Part shown: positions 1-9,547 of the stretch, piece after piece
How the letters are laid out: every line of letters begins with the position of its first letter
Numbering within the stretch: the stretch's first letter is position 1
Assembly: GCF_000186885.1 (NCBI RefSeq)
Contig: NC_014972.1
Location: 3,600,001-3,632,000 of the forward strand
Source of the DNA: Desulfobulbus propionicus DSM 2032
Lineage (GTDB): Bacteria > Desulfobacterota > Desulfobulbia > Desulfobulbales > Desulfobulbaceae
Direction: 5' to 3'
Length of the DNA: 32,000 bases
Translations under genes and position numbers: made by a program
Notes under the pieces: model-generated
What the model saw: only the letters and a program-made list of their open reading frames with translations
The model's database searches: none
What the model was told of the DNA's origin: nothing

Positions 1-1
1 G

Positions 2-67
2 GCGGCGAGTCTGTTTGTGCTGGTGGTGCTGGCGCTGTTTGTGTGGGGCTCGCGGCGGAGATGGTGA
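2..67 (+). CDS. C-terminal end of a membrane-anchored protein (AASLFVLVVLALFVWGSRRRW*), 5' part outside the window; by operon context possibly a CobN-like chelatase subunit
   Basis: Open frame from the window edge to a TGA, with a hydrophobic helix followed by an Arg-rich tail; product guess rests on neighbouring DUF2162/DUF2149 genes. Confidence 0.4.
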   Translation, partial: AASLFVLVVLALFVWGSRRRW

Positions 68-361
68 GGTGGTCACTGCAAAGGAGCGATGACACCGGGG
101 TGGTTCGTGCTTGGGGAAAGAATACCCAGCTCCCGGTCATTTCGACCAAAGGGAGAAATCTCTGTACTCCGGCATCACAGCGGTGGGCAGGCATACTGCC
201 GCCTGCGCCACCCTACGAGATCGATCATGCACGTTTTGATCGTTCCCATACTGGAGCGTAGAAAACAAACCCTGATTTCTGCGCCTCTGCGGGAGAACAA
301 AAATGATCACCATACAGAGTTCAACAGCCTTGTTTTGCAACCCTAGAAAAGGAGAACCACA

Positions 362-1108
362 ATGCTCTACAAATCGCTGATTCTAGGTGTGCTCTTCAGT
401 ATCGGTATCTTTGCCGGCAAAAGCGGCATTGGCCTGGCCTATCTGCTTGGGCGCACGCCATCCTGGCGAGGCAAGGCCCTGCGTCTGCTTGGTTTTGCCC
501 TGCTCTACGCCCTGGTGTTCGCATTGGCGGCCTGGGGCCTGCGCCTCCTTGATCCCCTGGCGCACCTGGGGACTATCCAGCGTTTCCTGCAGTCCGGAAT
601 GCAGGCGCACCTATTGATGGCCGGGGTGATGATTGCCTGGGGGCTGGCCTTGCTGCGCAAACCCCATCAGCACGGCAGCGCCAGTCGCGGCTGGCTGCTT
701 TTGACCCTGCCCTGTCCGGTCTGCGCCACGGTGATCGTCTTCAGCCTCGCCTTTGGCCTGTCACTCTTTCCCGACCACTTTTCCCAGGTGGCCGGCGGTC
801 TCTACCTGGCCTTTCTTGTTATCAGCCTGATGGTGATGGGCTTGATGCTGGGGTTGGGTAAAATGACCGCGCAGTCTGCGGAAACCCTGCTCGGCGGGGC
901 CATGGTGCTGCTCGGTACCTACTTCCTGCTCTCCATGGCCATCCTCCCCCAATTCACCGATGTCGATGCGATCTACCGCATGGCCCATCACCAGGTTCCC
1001 GGTCAACAGCAGGATCTGCGTGCCCTGCTGCCGCTGGTAGTCCTCACTTTATCAACCTTTCTGGCCGGTTTTGGCCGTACCCACCAAAAAATACGGAGTT
1101 CGCACTAA
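362..1108 (+). CDS. DUF2162-like multi-TM putative transporter with a CPVCATV motif
   Basis: 248 aa, multiple hydrophobic helices, GGAGAA upstream of ATG, overlaps the next gene. Confidence 0.7.
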   Translation: MLYKSLILGVLFSIGIFAGKSGIGLAYLLGRTPSWRGKALRLLGFALLYALVFALAAWGLRLLDPLAHLGTIQRFLQSGMQAHLLMAGVMIAWGLALLRKPHQHGSASRGWLLLTLPCPVCATVIVFSLAFGLSLFPDHFSQVAGGLYLAFLVISLMVMGLMLGLGKMTAQSAETLLGGAMVLLGTYFLLSMAILPQFTDVDAIYRMAHHQVPGQQQDLRALLPLVVLTLSTFLAGFGRTHQKIRSSH

Positions 1109-1713
1109 TGGATATCGGCGCCCTGCTGCAAACCTTCATCTACCTGGTTTCCTCCTCCCTGCTCTACCCGGTATTGCTGGCACTCAGCCTGCTGGTGCTG
1201 GTGGTCATCGTCCAGGCCGGTGGTTTCTTTGCCGAGTGGCTGGAACGGGCACGGCTCAAACCCTGCCCTTCCCAGAACCTGCCCCGGCTCTTGCAAACCG
1301 GCCAGGCCCAGGGGATGATCTCGCACCGGGTCAACCACTACTTAAAGATCCTCACCGAGATCCGCGACCAGCCGGGAAATCATGGTATCGCCGTGGAAAA
1401 CCTGCTGCAATCCACCACCCTGGAGTTGTGGAAATCCATGGACCGGCTGCGCATCCTGGTGCGCACCGGCCCGTCGCTTGGCCTACTCGGCACCCTCATC
1501 CCCATGGGCACCGGCCTGGCCTCCCTGGGTCAGGGCGACATGACCAAGCTCAGTTCAGATCTGGTCATCGCCTTCACCACCACCGTGGTCGGCATGGCGG
1601 TGGGTACGGTGGCCTTCTGTTTCTACACCCTGCGCCGCCGTTGGCTGGAAGAGGATATCAAAAACATGGAACTGGCCACCGAACTGCTGCTCAATGGGCC
1701 GGTGGAGCACTGA
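1108..1713 (+). CDS. MotA/TolQ/ExbB proton channel family protein
   Basis: GPSLGLLGTLIPMGTGLASLGQGD and AFTTTVVGMAVGTVAF are characteristic of the TolQ/ExbB family; coupled to neighbours. Confidence 0.85.
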   Translation: MDIGALLQTFIYLVSSSLLYPVLLALSLLVLVVIVQAGGFFAEWLERARLKPCPSQNLPRLLQTGQAQGMISHRVNHYLKILTEIRDQPGNHGIAVENLLQSTTLELWKSMDRLRILVRTGPSLGLLGTLIPMGTGLASLGQGDMTKLSSDLVIAFTTTVVGMAVGTVAFCFYTLRRRWLEEDIKNMELATELLLNGPVEH

Positions 1714-2110
1714 GATGCACTACTTCCGCCCGCGCAGAACGAGCAAATCCCGCAAGGGTTTCAGCGACCCGGCCTTCCGTGACGACGATCCCATGACCGG
1801 AGTGGCCAACCTCTTTGACATTGGCCTGGTGTTCATTGTCGGCCTGCTACTGACCCTGTTCAACGCCTACCGGCTCCAGGATCTGTTCGACAGCAAATCG
1901 GAGATGACCATCATGAAACAGCAGGCCTCGGGCGAGATGGAGATCATCGTCAAGAAAGGCACCGAAATCAAGGCCTCGCGTGTCACCCAAGAGGCGGCCC
2001 AGGGCAAGGGGAACCGGCTTGGTGTGGCGTATCGGCTGGAAGACGGTTCCATGGTCTATGTGCCGGATACCTCCCAACCTGCCCTAACCAACCCAGGAGT
2101 GAAACCATGA
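1713..2110 (+). CDS. DUF2149 domain protein (ExbD/TolR-like topology, single N-terminal TM)
   Basis: ORF from the ATG at 1713 (track frame opens at 1694); DPMTGVANLFDIGLVFIVGLL motif; adjacent to an ExbB-like gene. Confidence 0.75.
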
Positions 2111-4029
2111 CCGTTTCCTTGCTTACCTCGCCAAGGCTGTTTGCAGTTGCCGCATGCTGCTGCCTCCCCTGCGCGGCATTCGTGTTTCCGCACACTGTCC
2201 AGGCGGCCCACGAACAGGCCACCAGCCATGGCACGGAGGCCACCACCTTGGAAACCGTGGTGGTCACTGCCGACCGGCTCAGTGAATTCGCCGAGCAGAA
2301 CCCTGCCATGGTTGAGGTACTGGGACGCAAGGAGATGAGTCGGCGCAACCTGCTCAGTGTGGAGGAGGCGCTGGGCACCATGGCCGGGGTGGAGGTCAAG
2401 CAGTCCATGGGCGTGGGCTCGCGCATCTCCATCCGGGGCTCGGGAAAATCCGGCGGTGTCCTGGTGCTGTTGAACGGCCGGCCGCTGAACAGCAACCAGT
2501 TTGGCAGCGTCGATTTGGCGGGTATCCCGGTGGAAACCATCGAATCGATCACCGTGTTCAAGCCGCCGGTACCGGTCTGGTTGGGCAGCGGCGCCAGCGA
2601 GGGGGCGATCAGTATCGCCACCAAGGGGATCACCAGTAAAAAAGAGGCGGACAAGGGCCCGGCCAGCAAGCTACGGGTTGCCGGCGGTTCCTACGGCACC
2701 TTCGAGTCCAGTGCCAGCCACCAGATGCGCCTCGCATCAGGGGCCACGGCCATGGGCTCGGCCACTGGCAAGCACCGCGACGGCAAACGCAGCAACAGCG
2801 ACCTCGATAGCGGCAGCTTGCTGGTGCATTGGGACGACGAATTGGAAGAGAACCGCAAGCTGGAGTTCAACGGCCGCTTCTTCACCTCGGAGTCGGGATC
2901 ACCGGGGCCGCTGGATAACCCCACCCCGGATGCGCGCCAGTCCTACGACAAGGCTTCCTTTGACAGCCGACTCAGTGGTCTGGCTGGCGACAGCGGCGAT
3001 TACGCGCTCAATCTCTATGGGGATACCATCCGCGTTGAAGATAAGAGCCAGACTGGTCTGGTCTCAACGCTTGACGACGACAAGGTGGGGTTGAAAGGGG
3101 AATACAACTGGAACGATGCAGCCGACCAATGGGCCCTGCGCACCAGCACCATCCTTGAACATGATGATCTTGATCACACCCTCTCCGGCAGCCACCAGCG
3201 AAGTACCGCCGGGATTGGCGTGCAGACGGATCGCAAATGGCAGGACTGGACCCTCACCGCCGGCGCACGCGGCGACGAGGTTTCCGACTTTGGCTTTAAT
3301 CCGGCTGTCTCCGGTGGCATCCATCATGTGCTTGGCGTGGGTTGGTCATTCAAGGCCAATCTTGGCCACAGCGTCAACATTCCCACCTTTGGCCAGCTTT
3401 ATCAACCCAGCCACGGCAGCATTGACCAAACCCGGGGCAACCCTGATCTGGACAAGGAAAAAATCCTCGCCGCCGATGCCGGTGTGGAATACAGCCCGAG
3501 TAAAATCGCCTCGCTGCGTTTGAGTATTTTCCGCAGCGACACCGACGACCCCATCCTTTACCAACGCGATTCCACCACGCACATCTACAGTCCAATCAAC
3601 GGTGACAAAGCCTGGCGACAGGGAGTGGAGGCCGGAGGAAAATACACGGTGAATCCGCGACTCAGCTTGGAGGCTAATCTCATTCTTCAGGATTCCGAGG
3701 TCGAGGGGACCGGTGCAGAGTTGACCTACACTCCCCACCTTACTTCCAAGCTCACCGTACAAAGCACTGTGCCAACCAGTGAAACCCGCCTGGAAACGAC
3801 CTTGCGTTATTGCGGCAAACAATACAGCGAGATGAGTAACCTGGAATCGCAAAGATTAGACGAGTATGTAACGGTGGACGGCAAACTAACGCAACCCTTC
3901 AAGCTCATGGGCACGAACGCGGAATGGTTCGTCAATGTGGAAAATCTCTTCGATACCGGCTATTCCATTCACTACGGCTATCCGGATGAGGGTATCCGCT
4001 TGCTCACTGGCCTCAATCTGCGGTTTTGA
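2107..4029 (+). CDS. TonB-dependent outer-membrane receptor
   Basis: Signal peptide, TonB box-like ETVVVTADR, plug domain (ALGTMAGVEVKQSMGVGSRISIRGSGKSGGVLVLLNGRPLN), C-terminal aromatic GLNLRF. Confidence 0.92.
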   Translation: MTVSLLTSPRLFAVAACCCLPCAAFVFPHTVQAAHEQATSHGTEATTLETVVVTADRLSEFAEQNPAMVEVLGRKEMSRRNLLSVEEALGTMAGVEVKQSMGVGSRISIRGSGKSGGVLVLLNGRPLNSNQFGSVDLAGIPVETIESITVFKPPVPVWLGSGASEGAISIATKGITSKKEADKGPASKLRVAGGSYGTFESSASHQMRLASGATAMGSATGKHRDGKRSNSDLDSGSLLVHWDDELEENRKLEFNGRFFTSESGSPGPLDNPTPDARQSYDKASFDSRLSGLAGDSGDYALNLYGDTIRVEDKSQTGLVSTLDDDKVGLKGEYNWNDAADQWALRTSTILEHDDLDHTLSGSHQRSTAGIGVQTDRKWQDWTLTAGARGDEVSDFGFNPAVSGGIHHVLGVGWSFKANLGHSVNIPTFGQLYQPSHGSIDQTRGNPDLDKEKILAADAGVEYSPSKIASLRLSIFRSDTDDPILYQRDSTTHIYSPINGDKAWRQGVEAGGKYTVNPRLSLEANLILQDSEVEGTGAELTYTPHLTSKLTVQSTVPTSETRLETTLRYCGKQYSEMSNLESQRLDEYVTVDGKLTQPFKLMGTNAEWFVNVENLFDTGYSIHYGYPDEGIRLLTGLNLRF

Positions 4030-4267
4030 CATCTACGATGACGAGGTATGGCGCCAATTGGTGTTTTACCTCGTCGAAGTCTTCGAAGTGTCTCCGTCAC
4101 CGGTCCTCCCGCCCATCTCTTCTTTGAAGCACATCCTCCATGCCGTTTCATTGGCAGCGGCACAGTATCCTTGGGGGCACTGTTAATTTATGTCGTGAAA
4201 AACAGTATTACTTTTTCAATATTCGTGTTAACTGTGACTGGTAAATTCATACTCTCCCAGGAACAGC

Positions 4268-4531
4268 ATGCACGCAAAACAGTTCACGATTCGTGTTGAA
4301 TGCCCACAATGTGCGGATGGATATATCGGTCACATGACAGCCGATGAAATCTTACAACGAACACTCAACGGGGGATGCAGTCTTGCCTGTCCTCTTTGCG
4401 GTAGAATCCATCTCAGCAGAGAGGAAATCGAACAACTCGAACAGGAAAAAATCGTTTATACAGAACGTTATCGACAGATTCGCATGCAAGCCGAGTCAAT
4501 ATCGTTCGATGAAAATATCACGAAGGTCTAA
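4268..4531 (+). CDS. Small protein with two CxxC pairs (CPQC...CPLC), zinc-ribbon-like, immediately upstream of hldD
   Basis: 87 aa, ends 2 nt before the hldD start, cysteine spacing. Confidence 0.6.
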   Translation: MHAKQFTIRVECPQCADGYIGHMTADEILQRTLNGGCSLACPLCGRIHLSREEIEQLEQEKIVYTERYRQIRMQAESISFDENITKV

Positions 4532-4533
4532 TT

Positions 4534-5517
4534 ATGATCATTGTCACCGGAGGATTAGGTTTTATCGGCAGCAACATCATCCACGCCTTGAACGCCCGTG
4601 GCGTAACCGACATCATTGTTGTTGACGATTTCACGGACGGCACCAAATTTACCAACGTCTCTGATGCCCAGGTGGCTGATTATTTCGACAAAGACGAGTT
4701 CTTGACCCGTGTGCAGCAAGGGCAGTGCTTCAACGGAAAGGTGGATGCGCTGCTCCACCAGGGAGCCTGTTCCGCCACTACGGAGTGGAACGGCAAGCTG
4801 GTGATGGAAAACAACTTCACCTATTCCAAGGAACTGTTTCACTACGCTGACCAACACCGCATACCTTTCATATATGCCTCAAGTGCTTCGGTGTATGGTA
4901 ATGGTACGACCTTCATCGAAGATCCACGATTCGAACGACCGATTAACGTCTATGCGTACTCCAAGACTTTGTTTGATCAGTATGTTCGCCGTCATGTTGT
5001 TTCTGGTCAAAGCCAGGTTGTCGGTCTCCGGTATTTTAATGTGTACGGGCCACGCGAACAGCATAAGGGAGGCATGGCCAGCGTGGCATTTCACCTGCGC
5101 AATCAACTGCTTTCGAAAAAGGTTGTTCACCTTTTTGAAGGATCGGATGGTTACGGCCCCGGTGAACAGCGCCGCGATTTTATCCATGTGGAGGATGCAG
5201 TTGATGTCATCCTCTGGTTTTTGGAGTATCCGGCAATATCCGGCATTTTCAATGTCGGCACCGGAAAAAGTCAGAGTTTCAACGAGGTGGCCCAGGCAGT
5301 ACTAACGGCTTTTGGGTACGGTGAGTTGCAATATATTCCTTTCCCGGAACACCTCAAAGGTCGTTACCAGAGTTTTACCGAGGCCGATATCACCCGCCTG
5401 CGAGAAGCAGGATATAATCGGGCATTTCGTTCCGTAGAATCGGGGGTTCTCGACTATATGGAATGGCTGGGACAAGGCGAGCCTATCTTCGCCCGGGGGG
5501 CGGTTGCCACGCTATGA
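4534..5517 (+). CDS. hldD: ADP-L-glycero-D-manno-heptose-6-epimerase
   Basis: [26 protein letters not shown]-binding motif, [13 protein letters not shown] catalytic Yxxx[15 protein letters not shown]. Confidence 0.95.
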   Translation: MIIVTGGLGFIGSNIIHALNARGVTDIIVVDDFTDGTKFTNVSDAQVADYFDKDEFLTRVQQGQCFNGKVDALLHQGACSATTEWNGKLVMENNFTYSKELFHYADQHRIPFIYASSASVYGNGTTFIEDPRFERPINVYAYSKTLFDQYVRRHVVSGQSQVVGLRYFNVYGPREQHKGGMASVAFHLRNQLLSKKVVHLFEGSDGYGPGEQRRDFIHVEDAVDVILWFLEYPAISGIFNVGTGKSQSFNEVAQAVLTAFGYGELQYIPFPEHLKGRYQSFTEADITRLREAGYNRAFRSVESGVLDYMEWLGQGEPIFARGAVATL

Positions 5518-5546
5518 GAGGATTGGATACTGTGGTGGTTTTGAAC

Positions 5547-5584
5547 CGCCCGGTGCAACGTGACCGTGCATCGGGCGTTTTTTT
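5547..5584 (+). terminator. Rho-independent terminator downstream of hldD
   Basis: CGCCCGGTGCA / TGCATCGGGCG stem (one G-T wobble) followed by a T run. Confidence 0.85.
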
Positions 5585-5962
5585 AAAATCGAGGAAAAAG
5601 AGGCAAACAGCTCCGAAGACCGGCTCTTCCAAAGAATCCAAGTAAAGCCGCGTCATTTCAAACCACGGATTTTCTCTTACCAAATCGCATTGTTGAAAAA
5701 AATAAAGTTCATTGCAGATGGAGACTTTCCTGGAGAGCGCCAACAGTTAGATTCTCTTTAAATTCAATCCGCTGAACGTCTGCCACCTATCGTTGCAACG
5801 TGAATATTCTTTCAGTCGTCCCCTGAAACGCCCCCTGTTTCCCCCCTCAACTAACCCCAAAACGATGTCACGCTGCAGGTGCGATGTCATCACCCCTGAA
5901 AAAAGAAGAGAGACCGATTGGAACGGTCGCCTTTTCCATTTTAATCTGGGAGATGATCATCC

Positions 5963-6703
5963 ATGCAGTCCATCATTCTGTCTTTAGCCAGCCGATACGC
6001 TCTTTCCACCGCCGAAGTCATCCAGGAAATTGAATCTGCCTTTGCTCGCCAGCTCTCCCAGTGGTACCGCCAGGAGGTCATGGTTTTTCTTCGAGAAGGA
6101 ATGCAACTGGAGGTTGTGACCTACGGTCCGAGAAACGGCCTTCCTGTGCAACACATTCTCGATCTTCCCGCTGTCCTTTCCCGCAATCAATTCACAACCA
6201 TTCTGGAAAACCACCTGGCCATGGCCGCAGTCATCAAACAGGTCCGCTTGCTCAAGGGGTTTGAGCGGCGACTGCTCTGGGGCGAAGTTGTCCGCAACAG
6301 AGCCGGCGACCATCTCCTGGTTGAAACCGAGATCATCCCGGACGAACCGATTATCGCCATCTGTCCCGTCAACCGGATCGGCCTGCATGAACGCCATACT
6401 GGCCGTTTTCAGCCTGGCCAACGCCGGGCCTTCCACCTGCGCCGAATCGAACCGGTGCTGGTGAACGGTACCCCTCGCACCAAAGTCATCCTTGACCGGG
6501 TCTCCAAGACTCTGACCGAGAATCTGCTCAGGTATTATCTGGGTGATGCGGCTCATCGGTTTCATTTCCGCTGCCTGACTCGCTACGTCGGCCACAAGAG
6601 CGTTGTCCTAACCACAAGAAGGCTGCCGCATCAGGTGATCATCGCCGTGGACCGGGAACTCCAGGAACGGATCGAGGTCCGGATCGTCAAGGCCTTGCCA
6701 TGA
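5963..6703 (+). CDS. Hypothetical protein translationally coupled to a coupling-protein-like gene; possible mobile-element accessory protein
   Basis: 246 aa ORF, GGGAGATG upstream of ATG, 4-nt overlap with the next ORF. Confidence 0.6.
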   Translation: MQSIILSLASRYALSTAEVIQEIESAFARQLSQWYRQEVMVFLREGMQLEVVTYGPRNGLPVQHILDLPAVLSRNQFTTILENHLAMAAVIKQVRLLKGFERRLLWGEVVRNRAGDHLLVETEIIPDEPIIAICPVNRIGLHERHTGRFQPGQRRAFHLRRIEPVLVNGTPRTKVILDRVSKTLTENLLRYYLGDAAHRFHFRCLTRYVGHKSVVLTTRRLPHQVIIAVDRELQERIEVRIVKALP

Positions 6704-7700
6704 AGTCACCAGAATCGACGGAACCGAAAGCCCCTTGGACCCATATCGGACAAGGCGTGCATCTCGATCATCCGCAAACGGTCATGGAACTGGGTGTGCC
6801 CGACAGTCACCGTAAGGGTCATTTCTGGTGCTTTGGCACCACCCGGGTCGGCAAGACCCGGATCATGGAACACATCATCGAGCAGGATATCTGCAAGGGG
6901 TATTCGGTGGTGGCCATTGATCCTAAGGGCGATATCGATCTGTTCTCCAAGATCACCCAACTGGCCCATGAGACCGACCGGCTCGACGACCTGATGCTGA
7001 TCACCCCGATCTTTCCCCAGTACAGTGCTATCCTCGATCCTTTGTCGTCCTACTACATGCCCGAGGAACTGGTGGCCCATATTACCGCCGGGGTAGCCAT
7101 CGGCCGTGAACCCTATTTCTTCGGGGTGGCCTACGAGGTCAGCCTGGTAGTGGTCCAGGCGCTCATTATGCTGGCCGAGCAGGCCGGGCATAAGCCCTCG
7201 TTCAACCTCAACGACATCAAGAACCACATCAGCCATCAGGACCTGGAGCAGCTCAAAGAGAAGATCGATTACATTGACAGCCCGGAGGCCAAACAGCTCT
7301 CCCTGGATATCCAGAAAATTCTCTCTACGCCGGCGGACTACTACTCCAAGGTGGCCAGCTCCTTGCGGGTGGCGCTCACCGAGTTGACCTCGGGCAATGT
7401 CGGCAAGATCATCGGCAAGGCTGACGAGAACCGTTTCATCCAACGGCTGGAAGAAGGCAAGGGCATCATCCTGGTGGTGCAATTGGGCTTGTTGTTGACC
7501 AAGCGGGCGGCCTATACCGCCGGCAAGGTGATCATCTCCATGATCCAGGCCTTTGTCGGCCGGGTCTATTCCTCAGGCAGGAATGTGACCCCCTCTTTAG
7601 TGCTCCATATCGACGAGGCCCAGTCGGTCCTCTACCAAGGGATCGAGGACCTCTTTGCCAAGGCCGGCGGCGCCGGGGTGTTCATCCACGGTTATCCTTG
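6700..7700 (+). pseudogene. TraD/TraG (VirD4-like) conjugative coupling ATPase, 3'-truncated by recombination into IS21 sequence
   Basis: Walker A FGTTRVGKTR, VVAIDPKGD, Walker B-like LVLHIDEAQSVL; homology breaks off at VFIHGYP and IstA-like sequence begins about 7694-7702. Confidence 0.75.
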
Positions 7701-8827
7701 ATTTTGCACCGGGAGAGGCCGCACAGGTTGATTTCGGCGCTGGTCCCAAATTGATCGATCTCCACACCGGCGAGATTCGATCGACCTGGTTTTTCATCAT
7801 GACGCTGTGTTACTCCCGGCACCAGTATGCCGAGATCGTCTGGAACCAGAAGGTCGCCACCTGGCTGGCCTGCCACCGCCGGGCCTTCGAGTGGTTTGGC
7901 GGCGTTCCGGAAAAACTGATCATCGACAACGCCAAATGCGCCATTACCCGGGCCTGCGCCAAGGATCCAGAGGTGCAGCGCTCCTATGGTGAACTCGCTC
8001 TGGGCTACGGCTTCCGCATATCGCCCTGTCCGCCGCACGATCCGCAGAAAAAAGGGCGGGTCGAGGCAGGGGTCAAGTATGTCAAGCATGCCTTTATGCC
8101 CCTGAGACAGTTTCGCGATCTGACCGACGCCAACCGCCAGTTGGTCCAATGGGTCATGCATGAGGCCGGCATCCGCATCCATGGCACCACGCGCCGGCCG
8201 CCGGTGGAGCTTTTTGACGAGACCGAAAAAGCCCTGCTCCAACCCCTGCCGGACATGCCGGTGCAGGAGGCGGTGTGGGTCAAGGTCAAGGTGCACGGCA
8301 ACGGACATGTCGCCTACGAGAAAAACCTTTACTCCGTACCCTTTCAGCGTATCCGCCAGACCCTCTGGCTCAAGGCCACCGACACCACCATCCAGGTCTT
8401 TCACAACCACGAGATGGTGGCTGTGCATCCGCGCCTACACGGGGCCGGGCGCCACTCCACCCTGGATAATCACATGCCTCCCGATGCCCTGGCCTACAAG
8501 CTCCGTGATCCCCAGTGGTGTTTGCGCCAGGCGGAAACGATTGGTTCCGCTTGCCTGCAACTCATCAACCAGCTCTTTGCGCACCGGGTCCTTGATCATC
8601 TCCGCGCCGCCCAAGGGGTGATCCGTCTGGCGGAGCGCTATGGCAACCAACGGCTCGAAGCCGCCTGTGCACGGGCTTTACTCTTTGACTCGCCCCGGTA
8701 TCGCACCGTCAAAACCATCCTGGAAAATGACCAGGAACAGGCCGCAGGGCTGCACGATGCTCCGCTGCCCGCCATCTACAGCGGCAACTCCCGATTCCAA
8801 CGCAACACCACCGATCTGATCCAGTGA
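7695..8827 (+). pseudogene. istA: IS21 transposase IstA, N-terminally truncated (DDE core and C-terminus retained)
   Basis: DFAPGEAAQVDFGAGPKLI...IIDNAKCAI...PPHDPQKKGRVEAGVKYVK. Confidence 0.85.
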
Positions 8828-8838
8828 AAGGAGCAACC

Positions 8839-9424
8839 ATGCAGCCCATGCCCGAATTGACCCCCTTGCTCAAGCAGCTCCGACTCTCCGGTATCCTCGA
8901 ATCCCTGGCAGCCAGAAACCGCCAGGCCATTGAGGCCAAGCTCGCCTATCCCGAGTTCCTTGCCCTACTCATCCAGGACGAGGTTGCCAGAAGAGACCAG
9001 AAAAAGTTCAGCCTCCGGGTCCGACGCGCCGGATTTCGCTCGCAGAAGACCATCGAACAGTTTGATTTCGACTTCAACCCCGGCATCAACCGGGCCTTTA
9101 TCCAGGAACTGGCCACCTGCCGCTTTGTCGAAGAACCAGCCAATCTCCTCATCGCCGGCCCCTGCGGCACCGGCAAGAGCCATCTCGCCCAGGCGCTCGG
9201 CCATTGTGCCGTGCGCCAAGGGCATGAGGTCGTGTTTACAACCCAGACGCAACTGCTCAACGGGCTGCACGCAGCTCGCGCCATGGGCACCTTTGAACGT
9301 CGCTTCCAGGCCCTGGTCAGGGTGCCGCTGCTGATCATCGATGATCTGGGGCTCAAACCGCTCAGGCCTCCCCAGGATGAGGACCTGCACGACCTCATAG
9401 CCAAACGGCATGAGCGCACAGCTA
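8839..9424 (+). pseudogene. istB: IS21 helper ATPase IstB, C-terminally truncated after LHDLIAKRHERT
   Basis: GPCGTGKSHLAQALGHCAVRQGHEV Walker A, LLIIDDLGLKP Walker B; homology ends at the junction with a foreign fragment. Confidence 0.85.
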
Positions 9425-9547
9425 TCCGCAACTGTTCGAAGGTCTACACCGTTCATGATCATATAGCTCGCGGCTGTATGCCTTAAATCGTGCATGTGAA
9501 AATTTTCGATGCCGGCTCTTTTTACAGTGTTCCGCCTCAGTTGGAAA
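9424..9547 (-). pseudogene. Remnant of a tyrosine recombinase (catalytic box II segment)
   Basis: Minus-strand reading FQLRRNTVKRAGIENFHMHDLRHTAASYMIMNGVDLRTVAD matches the HxLRHTxAS signature of phage integrases. Confidence 0.75.

Larger units (their letters stand above)
7695..9424 (+). mobile_element. IS21-family element remnant, truncated at both ends (istA lacks its 5' part, istB its 3' part)
   Basis: Adjacent istA/istB-like genes, both interrupted; no complete terminal repeats. Confidence 0.85.

Noticed and set aside
1071-1796. 241-aa plus-strand ORF
   Set aside because: Alternate frame of the MotA/ExbB-like gene, Pro/Arg/Gly-rich shadow ORF
7682-8428. 248-aa minus-strand ORF
   Set aside because: Antisense to istA remnant
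8965-9495. 176-aa minus-strand ORF beginning MHDLRHTAASYM
   Set aside because: Not a real gene: only the first ~24 residues are integrase-derived, the rest is antisense istB; kept only as evidence for the integrase remnant
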